In this document: positions 1 through 13,990 of the stretch, piece by piece
Numbering within the stretch: position 1 is the stretch's first letter
Layout: each line of letters begins with the position of its first letter
Source: Lama guanicoe
Taxonomy: Eukaryota
Direction: 5' to 3'
Assembly: GCA_013239625.1 (NCBI GenBank)
Contig: MU056000.1
Location: forward strand, 13,281,175 to 13,345,174
Length of the DNA: 64,000 nt
Translations under genes and position numbers: made by a program
The notes under the pieces: model-generated
Databases searched by the model: none
Seen by the model: the letters and a program-made list of their open reading frames with translations, nothing else
What the model was told of the DNA's origin: nothing

Positions 1-89
1 AGATACTTAATAGCAGTAGTTTTCAGCCTTAGTTATCAGAATTTTTGTTTTTATCATTTCAATACATTAAGTCATTATGTGAGGAGGAA

Positions 90-420
90 ACAACGTTACT
101 ATTCTGTAGGCTGTAAGAGAGTCAGTTTTCAGTTACGGACTAATAGTTTGTCTTCTATTTGAAGAGGAAAGTGTCACGTAATTATTACGGCGTGTTTTCC
201 TTGTTTTCTATTTTAGAAAAGCTCTTTCCTAAGGAAACTGTTTCTGATTTCAGGGAAAATTACCCACGGTAACCTTCCGCCAGTGAGACTGCCGAGAGAA
301 GAGCGGCATCCGGGCGGATGCTCTGGTTCCTGACGCATACTGGGCCTCCCCACTGATGCTGGTACATAACCTGGTGCATAACCGTTGCTTCAGGTATGTG
401 GTCACCGTTAGTTTTTATTT
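90..420 (+). promoter_or_regulatory. Candidate promoter and first exon of a + strand transcription unit (RFX/MYB/ETS/CRE-type)
   Basis: Local CpG enrichment in AT-rich DNA. X-box-like ATTACCCACGGTAAC at 259-273. MYB consensus (YAACKG on minus) at CAGTTA 130-135, CCGTTG 382-387 and CCGTTA 405-410. Inverted ETS-like pair GCATCCG/CGGATGC at 306-321 overlapping GC box GGGCGG. CRE half-site TGACG at 331. Splice donor CAG|GTATGT at 393/394. Confidence 0.55.
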
Positions 421-659
421 TTCTTCAACTTTTCAGATTAATTGTTTAATTACTTCCATTCTACATACTCATTCAAACATCGTTAGTAAGAACACCTACA
501 ATGTTACGAGGAATTTCTGGAAGGACCTCAGTGGAAGTATGTCCTCAGTGGTTGCAAACATAGCTCTGTAAGGGGGTGGGGTTCCCCGTCCATCTAATCT
601 ACAGACTAACAGTTCATAATGGGATGTCAGCAGACGCTTGTGAATGAGACTCACCAGGC

Positions 660-1810
660 AGACTGTGTGTTAAAATTATTTTCAAAATAATGGTAAGACT
701 TTTTTTTCTTTGTTTACTGAATTGATAATTGTCCTGACGGTACAAAAGTAATTGTGGGTAAAATGACTAGTGTCTCAGCCTGAATCATAACACTGGTGCC
801 ATAATGAGCTAGTGGTCATTGCATTCTTCACTTGACACAGCTGCACAGAAGAAGGGAAGATGGAGAAAGAGAAGATGCAGTGACAGCAGTAGCATCAGCG
901 GTGGTCAGGTGGTTTCAACTGGGGATTTCTTTTATGTAGCAGAAAAATACCCTCAAATCTTGGGTAGACATACTTTTAATGTGTTGAGTGATGAAATGAA
1001 ATGTACTTATTAAGCACTTCTACTGTATACCAAAGTACAGTTGTCTCTCAAGGAAAATACAGTTCTGTGATTTTCTGGACTGCTGAAATAGCTGTTTTTT
1101 TTTTAATAGAACACTTTTTATTTGAAGGAATGACTGATAGACAAACTATGCTTATTCAGATTTCCGTATTTGGTTACTGATTCTTGAAAATAAGCCAAGT
1201 GAGCATGTCAATTATAGGAAAACAATAAACAGTACTTGTCAGTGATAAAATTTCAGCTTTCAAATAAAAATGGATTTTTTTAGAATTTATATTTTTACCA
1301 CCATATGCTTGTTATTGTACCAAAACAAATAATTTTCTGATCAAATTAACAGAAGGATTTGGCTTTCTAAAAAAATTGTTTAACAAAGTTGATCAACATT
1401 TGGAAGATCTGTAGAATTCACTGAAACGTTACTTTCAAAATGACCTAGACACTGAAACGTTACTTTCAAAATGACCTAGACATGATTCAAAGATCCATTA
1501 AAAATGCAAGCCTGAATAACATTTTTAAAATTATAATCTTGAAAGTTTGTTGATGTGCTTTCAGATTCCACATTAAAACTAAACGTTAATAAGTTAACAC
1601 TTGTTGAATTTGGGTATAGTGTCAAAATAATTATCCAAAATTATCTGATAAGGTTTTAAAACTCCTCCCACCTTTTCTTGCTGCATGTCTGTGTGAGGCC
1701 GGATTCTCTTCCTGTCCTACAAATCAAACAGGATATGCAATGTATTAGAACAAAAGCAGACGTGAAACTCTAGCTGTCATGTAGTAAGTCAGATGTAAAA
1801 TAGATTTGAG
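660..1810 (+). mobile_element. hAT-Charlie DNA transposon remnant (Charlie1-like)
   Basis: Recognisable Charlie1 transposase-derived segments (tacaaaagtaattgtgggtaaaatgactag; gacaaactatgcttattcaga; tgtgaggccggattctcttc). Confidence 0.8.
1419..1482. repeat. Perfect 31-bp tandem duplication
   Basis: cactgaaacgttactttcaaaatgacctaga at 1419-1449 and 1450-1480. Confidence 0.95.
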
Positions 1811-2089
1811 ACTTAATTTGTCTCAAAACAGCTACATTGACCCAGAGATTTGACGCAGTCAATTCTAACTGCTAGTTTTAAATATTAGGTTCAGAATAGG
1901 TTGCTTAGCTATTTCTGCAAGCCTAAAATCCCCAATCTGAAATGCATGAATTTTGTAGAGTTACTTCTATGAGTTATACATTTCTCTTTGTTCCTATCTT
2001 GTATGCACTATTTTTATTACAAAATCATGTACATAGCTGTAAAGACTTTCTATTTTAATACTGCATGTTGATCAGTAATACAATGAAAA

Positions 2090-2900
2090 GTAAATCATGG
2101 TGAAGGAATAGAGATTGAGAAGGTGTGCTCTTTTAAACTAGATGAACAGCAGCTGTTTCTCTGAGTAGGTGACAATTGTGTGAACAAGCTGTGAAAACCC
2201 CTTGGGAGCAGCTTACTGGGAAGGGGAAGGCAAGTACTTGTCTGGCATGTTTGATGAAGAATAATAAGGCTCAGTTGCATAGGGCAAAATTAATTAAACA
2301 GAAAATTATTAGAAGTAGGTTGGGAAAGGTTGTCAGGCAGGAGATCATGAAAGTTCCCCTATGGGCATGAAGGAAAATGTATATAGAAGGGTGATTAAAA
2401 GTTAAGACAGAAGCTAAGCCTCTTAGGTTCAAATCTGAGCCATTATCAGTGTCCTAGGATAGATACTTTAACCAACAACATCTCCATTTTCTCATGTATA
2501 CTCCCAGGGGTTATCGTAAATCCTGAATATGGAATACTGGTTAGGATTATTCAGTTAGCATATACACACGGTACATTATACACACATTAGTTATAATCAT
2601 TCTTATTAAATGTAATGGGGATTATTAGCTATTATTACTATTAATGAATGCAATCTAGCCCTATTAAAGAGTTTTAAACAGGAGAGTGTCATTATTTGAT
2701 TTGTGTTTTTTAAAAAAAGTTCACTCTGGCTCCCACAGAGAGACATGATGATGGGGTGAGGATAAGGGATTAAGTTGGGAAAACACTCAGGACCACTACT
2801 GGAGTAATCCATGTGGTTGATGATGGGGTCTCCACTGATGGTAGAAGTGAAGGTGGTTGAGTGGTGAGATGCAGTAAATTTAAAGATACAGCCTCCAGTT
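2090..2900. mobile_element. L2 and MIR fragments
   Basis: Degenerate L2 3' region motifs (ttttaaacaggagagtg; gtaatccatgtggttgatgatgg) with a MIR-like core at ~2390-2640. Confidence 0.6.
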
Positions 2901-3329
2901 GAAAAAATAAAAGTACAACTTTACATTGACTTATATGTGTTTGTTTTTCTTTTCTGTAGCTTGCTGAATTCCATATCTATTGGTTAGCCTGTTTTTTTAT
3001 AATTGATTTTAAATGCAGTATTTAAATTTCAAAACATGATGACTATTTATATCTAATATTGAAATATCTTGTTGATCATATTTGATTTTTATGGTTGCTA
3101 AATCTTTGTTTCAAATATTTGGTACTTGAGTAACTAATAGTTTTCTAAATCACATGTGTTTCTTCTCTTTGTCATTTGTGCGCTTACTTCCCCTGAGATA
3201 CAGGGGCCTTCTCAGTGAGTACCTGCTCTAGCTTTGTGTCATATAGGAACACATTTCTTGCAGGCAGGTACTCAGTCTCTTCAGATAAATACTCAGCTGC
3301 TTTGTCCTCTTAATTTTTTTTTTTTAAAT

Positions 3330-3475
3330 CAACTTTCATTGACATCGGAAACACCTGGAGATCTTTTCCAGTTGCATATTCTGGGGAGGGGCTTGCGGTT
3401 TCGCATTTCTAACATGCGCCACAGTGATGCCAATGCTGCTGAGTCCGGAAACACACTTTGGGCAGCAAAGCTTTA
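3330..3475. mobile_element. MER5A-like hAT MITE
   Basis: acacctggagatctttt...gcatttctaacatgcgccacagtgatgccaatgctgctg...acacactttg. Confidence 0.7.
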
Positions 3476-4133
3476 AATGGCTCCTAAATGTTTAATGACT
3501 TCGTCAAATACCAAAGGCTTCCATGCTGGCTTCATGTACATAGGGTTTCACCTACGTGCTTAAAGCTACCTAATTAATACACAAATCTTTCCTAATAAAA
3601 TGTAGAAGCCCAGGGCAGCAAAGTTCTTTTCAAATTTATGTTTCTACAGAATTCGTATTTCTTAAGGGAATTTTTAATGCTTGTATACTTTATTAATAAA
3701 AGATTCTTGGCATAAAATTTTCAGGATTAGTAAGAAAGGGAAAAATTGTTTAAACAGAGTAATAAAATTATTTTTGGAGGCCGATCTTTGAGCTTCATTG
3801 GCTCTCCTGAGAATCAGACAGACAGATCTATCTAACTGTAAAAAATGTATTGATTTATTTGAAAACAATGAACATCACATTTAAATAATAACATGATATG
3901 GGATACACTAAAAATTTTCAGATTTTGTTTCTTCTGAATTTTAATTTTTTTGAATGTTAACAACCTTTTCAACACAACACCCATGCCCACAGCAAAAAGT
4001 ATCATATATACAATTACTTGACATCAAGTTAATCAGGAAATTTTACATTGTTTGTTATGCTCCAAAAAGGAAAAGAACCCAGTCCTTGTCTTACCCAACA
4101 GACAGAATTGCAGATGGGAGACAGAGTGCATTA

Positions 4134-4600
4134 TGTAGCAAACTATTTTAAAGGATTTATTCGGGAGAAGAAAAGTACACTTCTCTGAGAAGGGGAAGCG
4201 GGCTGATCCAAGGGAGGAAAGCGATGGTCTTTGTTTTGTCCTTTCTCTAATACCCTTGCTTAGAGGTGGTCTTTTGATTGACTGATGACTCTTGCCCCTG
4301 GAATGCCTAGTCATGATGGGGTTTTTTTGTGCATGTCCTTATCCAGCATGTGCACAGAAAAACCCATGGTGGGGGGCAAACCACAATGTTAATTATGTTA
4401 CAGTGAGCATTGGGTCATGTCCAGTCAAGTATATTTTGCTGCTGAGCAGTCATGGTTATCGAGTTCTAACTGGTTCTTGCTGGCTCTCATTTAGAAGAAG
4501 TGAAATCCCTTTATGCTGGAGGGGGCATAACACCATCTTCCAGACCAATCTCCCTCTCCTCCATCTATCTGCCCGGTGCCCGCACTTATCTAACTACCCA
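4134..4600 (-). mobile_element. ERV1-type solo LTR
   Basis: Minus strand begins TGGGTAGTTAGATAAG and has AATAAA near its 3' end (tttatt ~4157). Typical LTR composition. Confidence 0.6.
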
Positions 4601-5779
4601 AAAGTTTTAAAAAATTAAGTGACTATTATTTCTTCAGTGACCCACAATAGTAACATATATTTTTAAAAATTGAATAACTTTTTAAATAGTTGCGGTACAC
4701 ACTCCATTTACACCTTTATCCCTGGATGAAAGCCGTATCTATTATGAATCTTTTCTTCCATTCTCTTCTTTTCACTGAGTTCAGACGATCTTTAGCTTGG
4801 CTGTTTTAGTGTCTTGTAAATGATTGAAGATGCTGCTGGTACCTGAAAAATCTGCAGAATCACAGTGGGCACCATCATCACCAATAAATAACAGAAGGAT
4901 AAATAAAACCAAGAAAATTGCAATACTAAAGGAGAATCTAAGTAAACTCTATATACCAGTAATGAAGTCAAACTGGCATAACCACAGTGTTTTATTAGCT
5001 GCTACTAAACCATTTACTTTGAGGTGCATGTAAACTAAATGCTATAAAGGAGAAATAACATAATTAAAGTGATTCATGTAGCATATTTAAATTTAGCATC
5101 TGTTTTTCAGTTAAGATTAAGAATACAGAATTGAATTAAATGCAGTTCTACATACTTCCAATCTTATGTTATACCATAAGACTTACGAGCCTGTTTTCAC
5201 TGTTACCATTAGAAACAGAAACTATGAAATATTTTAAATATTGCAAATATAATAAAATATTTATTTTCAAATATCTAGCATTTCATTTAGATTGATGATG
5301 GGTGGGGATTGGACAATTTATATTTAAAAGATTAAAAAATATGTATTGCGTTAACGAACGCTGGTGTAATCAGGCATTTTGGACTGTGCGAATTGCAGGA
5401 ACATATGTTTGTATTGTGCACATGCATGAGGAATATGCACATGACATAGCATATGGAAGATTTATATAGATTTTACACTCTGCCCAAAATAACTATATGG
5501 TAGTGATAGAACAGTATCAAACTAGCATCTCTCCCACGGCTATAATGTGAGGAACCAGCAGATGGGGGCAATGGAGCTATGTTTGAAAGCACTAACTGGC
5601 AGAAAACTCACAGAGAATAATTGCAAAAAATAGAAAAACTGAAGCAGCAGCGCTCTTGTTAGAAAAGTGAAACACGACTGAGACGGAAAAACAACCAACA
5701 GAAAGAGGAAGGGAGAGTTTTGCCCAGAAGATTGGTGAGTAAACAGTTCAAAACAATCAAGCAGTAAACACATTCACAA

Positions 5780-7090
5780 TTAGAGTTTGAAACTTCAACA
5801 CAGCCCTGTTAGACACACAACTGTCAGAGCCAGTAGAACAAAAGTGAACAGAGTATAGATCTGATCAGCACAGTTAATGTAATTGATGTGTATGGAATAC
5901 TTCACCCTAAAACAGAAGTATATGTAGTTTTCAAGAGCTTACAAAGCATTGAAGAGGGTAGACCACATCTTGGGTGATAAAATAAAACCCAACATTTCAA
6001 AGAATTGAAATCATATAGTGTCTTATTTGACCATAATAGACCCACACTAGAAATCAGAACCAGAGAGACAACAGAAAGATACCTAAATAATTGAATTCTA
6101 CAAATCTCTTAAAGAATTACCAATTTCACACAATCTCTTCTAGAAAATGGAAGAGAAGGAAAGACTCCCCAGCTCATTTAATGAAGCCAGTATTGCTCTG
6201 ACACCAAATCAGACAAAAACTGTCAAAATAACAAAATATAATCCAACATTTAAAAAAATCAAGACCAAAATGTTATACATACACACTTATCAGAATGGCA
6301 AAAACATGCACAGTGACAACACAAACGCTGGTTAGGATGTGAAAAGCAGGATCACTCATACATTTCTGATGGTAGACCAACATGGGAAAAAATTGGTAGT
6401 TTTTTATTACAACCAAATATGAAATTTACCATTCAACCTAGCAAATGCACTCAGGCGTTTATCACAGAGAATAGGAATTGATGTTTTCAAACAAAACTTA
6501 CAGATGCATGTTCATATGAGTGATTTATAATAAGTTCAAAACTGGGAGCAGCTCAGATATCTTTCATTAGGTGAGCAAATCCAGTACACCCATATCACAG
6601 ACTACTCTCAGCAAAAAGAGAAGAGCCGTAAGTGCACAGATGGGATGGATTCCAGAGAACTATGCTGAGTAAAAAAAACGTAGGTCCCCAAAAGCTCCAC
6701 ATTATATGATCTTATTTAACATTCCTGTAAAGCCACATTATACAAATTGAGTACATAGTGATTGCCCAGCAGGAAGGAAAGAGCAGGTGTGAAGATGGGA
6801 GGGAAATGAAAAAGATTTGAAAAAAGTGACACAAAAATCTTTGTGGTGTTGGAACTGTCCCGTTTCTTGATTGATTGTGATGGTGGACTCATGAACCTAC
6901 CCATGAGATAAAATTGCATAGAACTAAGTATATACACAAAAATAAGTATTAGTGAAATAGGAGAAATCTTAATATGATAAAATCAATTGTATCAATATCA
7001 GTTTCCTGGTGGTGGCAGTGTGCTAGAATTTTGCAAGATATTATCATTTAGGGAGAATATGAAGCATTTTTCATGGGATGTTTGTATTTT
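5780..7090 (+). mobile_element. Old L1 (L1M/L1MC-ME type) fragments
   Basis: Degenerate ORF2 pieces (e.g. LPSSFNEASIALTP in ORF 6147-6335) followed by an old L1 3' UTR. Confidence 0.75.
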
Positions 7091-7359
7091 CTAAATGAAA
7101 ATAGTAGGTCAGATCAAAAGCTAAACATAAATAATTTGGGATTTGGACACAGTGAAGAATTATGTACACAACTGATTGGAAAAGAAAGAGTGGATATATC
7201 TAAAAGGCACATTTTTTGTTGTGCACTATGCATATATCAAATTAAATTACTCCCCTGGGAAACTTGATCTTCTTTGTGACAGCTGTAGAGAGTGTAGTAC
7301 ACTCAGGATTGGATTATTTTAATGAATAAAGTGAAAGTTAAAGGTGTAAAAGATTAGTG

Positions 7360-8320
7360 GATTCATTGATTCAAGACTCATTTTATGAATAAACAACAAT
7401 GAAACATATTATGTGCCAGGAAGACTTCTAGGGGACATTGATACCACAGTTAAAATACAGATTTTTCTTAGGAAACTCACATTCTGTTGGATTGGTCAGA
7501 AAATATATGACAGTCCCGTAATTTTAGATGTTAATAAATTCTTGAAACAAAAATAAAACAGGATGAGAAAATGGATGGCTAGAATAATATTTTATAGAGT
7601 GTACAGGTGATGCTTGAGCAGAGAATTGAATTAAGTGTAGGAACAAGGATGTGCATTAAGGGTGGAGAAGGAAGGTTAGGTTTTGATGTTAGATATGTGT
7701 GATGTGTTCAAGAGAAATTGAGGAAATTAGTATGGTTTAAGGCAAGAAGCCAGACAGAGAGAGGAGAGATTAAATAGAGGAAGTTATTGAGAAGAGCTCT
7801 TTTAGGATCTACTAGGGATTTGAAACAATTTTGGATTTTCATCAGAAGGAAATGGAAGGTCTTTGGAGAGTTTGAAGCAGAAGGCTGACCTGTGGCATGT
7901 TTGTCTGATGTCTCATTCCAGCTTCTGTGTGAAGTCTACATTTTATGACCATGAATGTATATGGGAAGACAAGTTAGAAGGCCATTGCTGTAGTTAAGGT
8001 GAGACAAAATTAGTAATGACAAAGGTTACATTAAAATGACAGCCACTAGACTATGAAAAATGGACACGGACAGAGGTAAGTATAAAGCTTAATAGCAATG
8101 ACTCAGAAGATTCCCTGGGTGACAGTCTCAGCTTTGGTGACACATGATTGCTGGGAAAACTTTCACATTTTCTGTCTCAGTTGTGCATGTGTAAGATGGA
8201 GCCCATAAGTACATAAGCCTTATGTTGTGAAAATTAAATGGATTACTACCCACGAAATATGTTGAACAATGGTTGGAAGATAATAAATATTTAGTATATG
8301 TTTTATTGTTATTTATTTTT
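7360..8320. mobile_element. L2 fragment followed by MIR
   Basis: L2 3' end motifs (attcattgattcaa...tatgtgccagg) and MIR core (ctgtctcagttgtgcatgtgtaagatgg...gttgtgaaaattaaatg). Confidence 0.65.
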
Positions 8321-8349
8321 ATTATTATGAGAGAGGAGAAGACTGGTTA

Positions 8350-8855
8350 TTCAGCCGGAGGTCCTGATGAGATAAAACACTAGGTAAGCTGTGGATGATT
8401 ATAAAAGTGATCTTGATAGAGGAGCAAGTTTGTTGTTACAAAGTGGGTTATGGTGTGACTTAATGACTTTGCACTGTAGATGTTTGGGATGGGAGCTTGC
8501 TCACAGGGGCAGAAGCTGCTGGCTTTTTTCCACACCCCCACATACAGTTTCTTGCACACTTTCAGGGGTGACAGCACTAGCCTGATCACATACCCTACTT
8601 AGAGATCAGAATGCCGAGCCTTTGGAGCACCCCCTTTCCAAGCTTCCAGGCTACTTTAACTACTATTTTATCCCCAGGAACTAGTGGTGGTGGTTGCTTC
8701 CTGTGATTACTATCACTGGATGGTCTCAATGTTCCTTTTTTTTGTTAGTTAGCCATTCAATGTCTGTGCAAGCAATTCTTACACATACTAACTTTTTTTC
8801 TGTGAAATACCCATTTTTCTCTCCCTTTTCCTGACCAGGCTCTGTTTGGTATACA
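8350..8855 (+). mobile_element. Old ERVL-type LTR (LTR16/33-like)
   Basis: 3' end ...tttcctgaccaggctctgtttggtataca and internal motifs typical of old ERVL LTRs. Confidence 0.5.
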
Positions 8856-10694
8856 ACAGCATGTTTTCTTTCTCATTTATTTATCCATATACATAGATAT
8901 CTATGTGACTAAAACTTTTATATACATGAAATCATAACACTGGAATTTTTTTGTGCAGTTTTGATTTTCCTGTGACTTTGTGCTTGAAAATTTAACTCAG
9001 TTTACAGTCTCTCTTCCAAATCACCTTCCCAAATCCTAACACGTATGTGCAAAAGTAACTTAATGGAAATATCTCAGAATTCATTCTTCCACAATATTCT
9101 ATGTTCATAAAAATCATATCATCTTAAGAGTACCATAATGTATAACTTTGGTCAAGTTTCAAGGACAGAATTAGGGAAGCAGCATTGGTTTTGACAGAAT
9201 TATTGCCTACTAGGAATTACAATGTATTTGGAATTCAGTGAATTTCAGCTGACTTTAATTTACTTGTGTTCAGCCCTTGGGAAAGAGGAAAGAATAATTT
9301 GTTCTCGTGGGGAATATAAATATTAGTAGAAGATGCTCACTGAAATCAATGTTCTGTCCCTCTTGCAAATGGTTGTAAGGAAAACATCTGTGTTTCAAGT
9401 AACTTGTTAAAAAAGTGAACAAGAAATTTTTAATGGTAATGAGAAACTAAAATTTTACAAATAGTAAATATCATTTTTATTAATACTGGTAAATTGTTAC
9501 TATACTATAATAAAAATACAAATGATGATGAAATGATGATTCATATAATTTGGTGTATACGCCAATGACTTGAAAGAAAGAAGATGTTTAATCAATATAC
9601 TGAAGTTATTATGTTACTATCATCATCCTCACGTTGATTTTATAACAGTTTGAGTTTGCCTTATCATTCTTGCAAGAGCACATCTAAAACAAGGTGAAAA
9701 CATAGAGAATACTTTATGAAGTATAATAAAGCCTGAAGTTTGAGTGACATCCTTAGTAAGGAGTAGAATGTGTACATTTGAAAGGTGACAAAGTGCTGGC
9801 TGAAATGAATTTATGAGAATCAAAATTCCAAGTTGTTAGGATATATTATACTGTTTAGAGTTGAAGTTCTGTATCTGCCCATGGTAAAAATGTTCAGTAA
9901 CTGGACATGAACATGTAAAGTACCATAAGGAAGCGTTTGTGTTACAAAGTTCTTAGTTCATGTACCATTATGATTGATATAAAATAGTGCTATAAAAATT
10001 TATGAGGTACAAACATTCAAAGAAATATACTTCTTGCAAATTAACCATGACCACATTTTCTTAGAATGAAGCCTCAATGCTGATGTATGTCATTAAGATT
10101 AGATGACTATGTTGAAATATTATGGAGTTAATCATTAGGCAACATGCCTGAAAGGATAATGGTTTGTAAAATGGAAGGCTAGGTGTTTATATACATACAC
10201 ATATGTAACTTAATAAGTCATTGAATTGTGTTTGTGATACTCCACAACTTGTTCAAATACTGGTTCGAAGCATCCGTTATTTCACAACATGTGTACATCT
10301 CCGTAGTCTCCTCCCACAAACTACAAGTAGGGTCAACAACTGCTGTATTATAAAATTTGTCATTATAAGCTTTTTCATTTCATTTTATTTAACAAATATC
10401 CTCAACATTCTGTCAGATGTTTATAAACTAGAAGTGCTGCTACTTTAAAAGGTCAAACTGTCAAATTATGAGGTTTTGTCTATCTACTGTCCTTCTTTAT
10501 TTTATTTTTTTACTTCTCTTCCCTTTCCATTATTTTCCAATAGCTTGTTCTTTAGAGCTACCTTTTTATCAAGGTTTATCTGCCATACATTTGTTTAAAT
10601 CTTACCAACGTCTTTGATATATTTCACTGTGGGGCTTTCATTGACTAAGCATCAGAGGGTATGCCACATTTCACTCATCACAGTTCATTACGCT

Positions 10695-10752
10695 GAGATA
10701 GATACCAAGATGGATAGATAGATACCTTGATACATAGACAGATAGATAGGAT
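10695..10752. repeat. Degenerate (GATA)n microsatellite
   Basis: gatagatacc...gatagatagatacc...gacagatagatag. Confidence 0.8.
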
Positions 10753-11229
10753 CTAGTTATTTTTCTTATATATCCCCATCTCTTTATTTCCTTTGAAATA
10801 AATTCAGCATCAACTTCATAAATTGCTTTTTTATATTTTTTATACTTCTGAAAAAATTTCATGTACAATCCAATGTTAGATTTTTAAATATTTAACGTTT
10901 CTCTTTCACAGGTAAATAAAATATTTTGGTCATTAGGATTAACATTTCCTTCATGTGAACAGTTCTACTCACAGAGACATTAATTCTTGTCTTTGAAGTG
11001 GAGAGATCGTGTAAGCATATTATTGTAAGTGAACTCTACCTGATGAAAGAGATTCCAAACTCATATTAGTAATGATAAATTGATTTTTTTGTCTTCTTTT
11101 AGACTTGATGGCAAAATTATGAACATTATGATAGAATAGGTTGTTAATATTCATGTCTGCAAGGGACCCCTAAAACATATAAGTTGTATCTCTCAGCCAC
11201 ACCCTTTCTGTTTTTCACCTTTTATTTTT

Positions 11230-12800
11230 ATTTTTTGATATCTCTATTATATTTCTTTATTATGGATATTACCAAAGAGACACAAAAGTCTCAACCATCA
11301 CCCAGTTTCAGTAATTATCAATATGTAACCAATCATGTTTCAGTTATACCATCTCCTACCTTCTGTATTATTTTTAAATGAACTTCAAATACACAGGATT
11401 TTATGTGTACATATACCTATATAACAATTCTGAAAGCTAAATCTTTTAATGTTAGCATAGGCTACTGTCATACCTTAAATTTAACAGTAATTCCTTAATA
11501 TAATCTAATGTTAAGTTAATGTAAAAATTTGTCCTGTGAAAGTCATTTATAAAATAGTTTTTTAATAAAAATCTGGATCATAACAAAGTTCATACTTTTT
11601 TTTATTGATTTGTCACTTAAACACCTTTTAATCTCCCCTCTCCATTTATTTGTTAAAGATGGTGGGTCAGTTTTTCTATAGATAGTTCCACATTCAGATT
11701 ACTGCTAATTAACCCACATAATGCTTTTAACATTTTTCAATATTTGCCCAGAATGCTATATAGGTGGTATTGCACACTCCCTTTCACATTAAATTAAGAG
11801 ATGTAAAGTCTGACGTTCTTTTTCTCCATCACTAGGCTCAGTTATTGTCAACCTGATCCATCTTTATTAAACTGTCCTCCATCAGTTTTTCATCTAATGA
11901 TTTTGGCAGACATGTATGGTTATTATTGAAATCCAGTATTTTATTAGGAATTGCAAAACGTGTTTCATTTATTAGACAGAATTGTTGTAAAAATAGACAT
12001 TTTTCCTCATGAACTATTAGGTTACTCTAAGCTACAGTTCTTAAGGGAAAAGGAGTTGAGAAGCTGGCTGCGCTCCTTCGTGAAACAAGTTAGTACTGGT
12101 AACCACTAGAGTCAAATAATGTGATTTTCTCTGTAGTGAGTAGGTTTTTGCTTTTCTTTCTCTCTCTTTTTTTTTTCTAGTTTTAGTTTTAGTGTCTTTT
12201 TGAAGCCCTCAATTATATATGTATTTTATGTTCCAGTCTGTCCCAGACATCATTATATTTTGATTCTTGCACAGCCCCATTTTGGTCCACTGGGGTTTCT
12301 TTCAAGTTGACTCTTGTGTATTTCTGATATGAACCCATGCTCTTTGAGAACTTTCTTGCTTTCTAGTGTAAAAATTATTTCAGGGTCATCTTCTACATTT
12401 CTTGCCCTAGACCTGGAATCAGGCCTTTCTTAAAAAGTCCAGGTTTCTTTTTTTGAAAATAGTACATAAAGACCAATGGTTAGTCAGTCCTTCTAGGTTA
12501 ATTCAATCAATCTAGCTAGGAAAAATACACATTCTTTTTGAAAATTAAACATGGATTATAAATTCATGCTGCTATTTTCAATTCAAGTATGATTGCAGGA
12601 TTTTACATAACTTTCTTAATTTTTAGTTTGTCTCTATTTTAAATTGAAAATTCTTGTTTTTTAACTTGGGTAACATAATAATTTATTTGTTTAATCCTAC
12701 AAAAACTCTAAGAGTTTCAAAGTAACATAATACAATTTATACAAACAATGTAAATACTCATTTATTAAACAGTTTAATATTTATTTGCAATTCTATTTTG
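11230..12800 (-). mobile_element. Old L1 (L1MC/ME) 3' region
   Basis: Degenerate L1MC-type 3' UTR motifs (tcttgccctagacctggaatcaggcctttcttaaaaagtcc). Confidence 0.65.
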
Positions 12801-12829
12801 TGCTTAAGATACATCACAACAATAATACT

Positions 12830-13990
12830 ATTTATTTCTGGGTACAGCTTACAGAAAATAGGAGTAGTAGGAAATAAATAAGTGAATACACTCATAATTT
12901 TAGATGATATTAAGTGATGTGGAGGAAAAATAGTGAGTGAGAAATATTTTTGGTGGGGTAAGTTACAGAAAGTCTCACTAAGAAAGGGCTATTTGAAGAC
13001 AAAACTAAAAAAGAGGGAAAACTTCTCAAAGTTAGGTGAAAAAAGGCTTCTAGGTAGAGGGAACAGGAAAGGTATAATCTTGATAAAGCACTGGGCTTGG
13101 CATGCTTTGGTGAAAAGAAGAAGGGTAGTCTGGTCAGCCTGGTGGACCATGAGTCCAGTCTCCACTCATAGTCAGAATTGTAGATAAGGTCAAGAACAGA
13201 GTCTTATAGATGATACTAAAGAGATATGTTGTGATGAGAAACCCCCCAGAGGGGAGAGATATGATCAGATTTTCACTCACACAACTCTGGATGAATTCTT
13301 AAAAATGGATGGTCACATGAAAGTGAGAACAATTAGGATGCTACTTACATAATCTGTGTACATAGATGATGGTGTCTCAGCCAGAGTGGCAGCGGTACAC
13401 ATGTGAAGGAGGGCTCAATTAAATGATGATGTTCAAAAGTATAGCTGAAATACTTATATTTATGGATGAATTTAACACATTGGGTAATTTTCTCCTTTTC
13501 AAAATTACCCTTTTCCTTGGAATTTCTGGCTTTAAGATTCTTGGGTTTTATTTTTGATGTTGTTTCCCTCTCTTCTGACTCATCCTCAGACCTCTTTTAG
13601 AATGTTCTTCTTCTCCATGTCTCTAAGTACCTGCACTCTTTGAAGATGCTCTCCGAAGACCTCTTCTTATTCTAAACCTCCTGCTGTCTGATCTCATCAA
13701 TTTCCCATACTTACATTTCCATCTATAGTGGCATTGACTTCCACGTCTATGTCTTCAGCCTACGTCTCTGCACTTCAAGGATTTACTGGTATTTAAGATG
13801 GATTTTACACAACCATTACTCTGATTTTCTTGAAAGCTGAATTTATTGTTTGTTCATTATCTCACAGATTGGCACTGCCAGCTGCCCATGGACACCCCCC
13901 CCCCGTCTGATTCCTGAGGGCTGTGTGTGATTTTCCCTCTCCTGGTGCCTTGCTGGGTAATCCAAGCCTCTCATATTTTTCTCTCTTAAT
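12830..13990. mobile_element. L2 fragments in both orientations
   Basis: Purine-rich L2 remnant followed by a pyrimidine-rich reverse L2 remnant. Confidence 0.55.
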
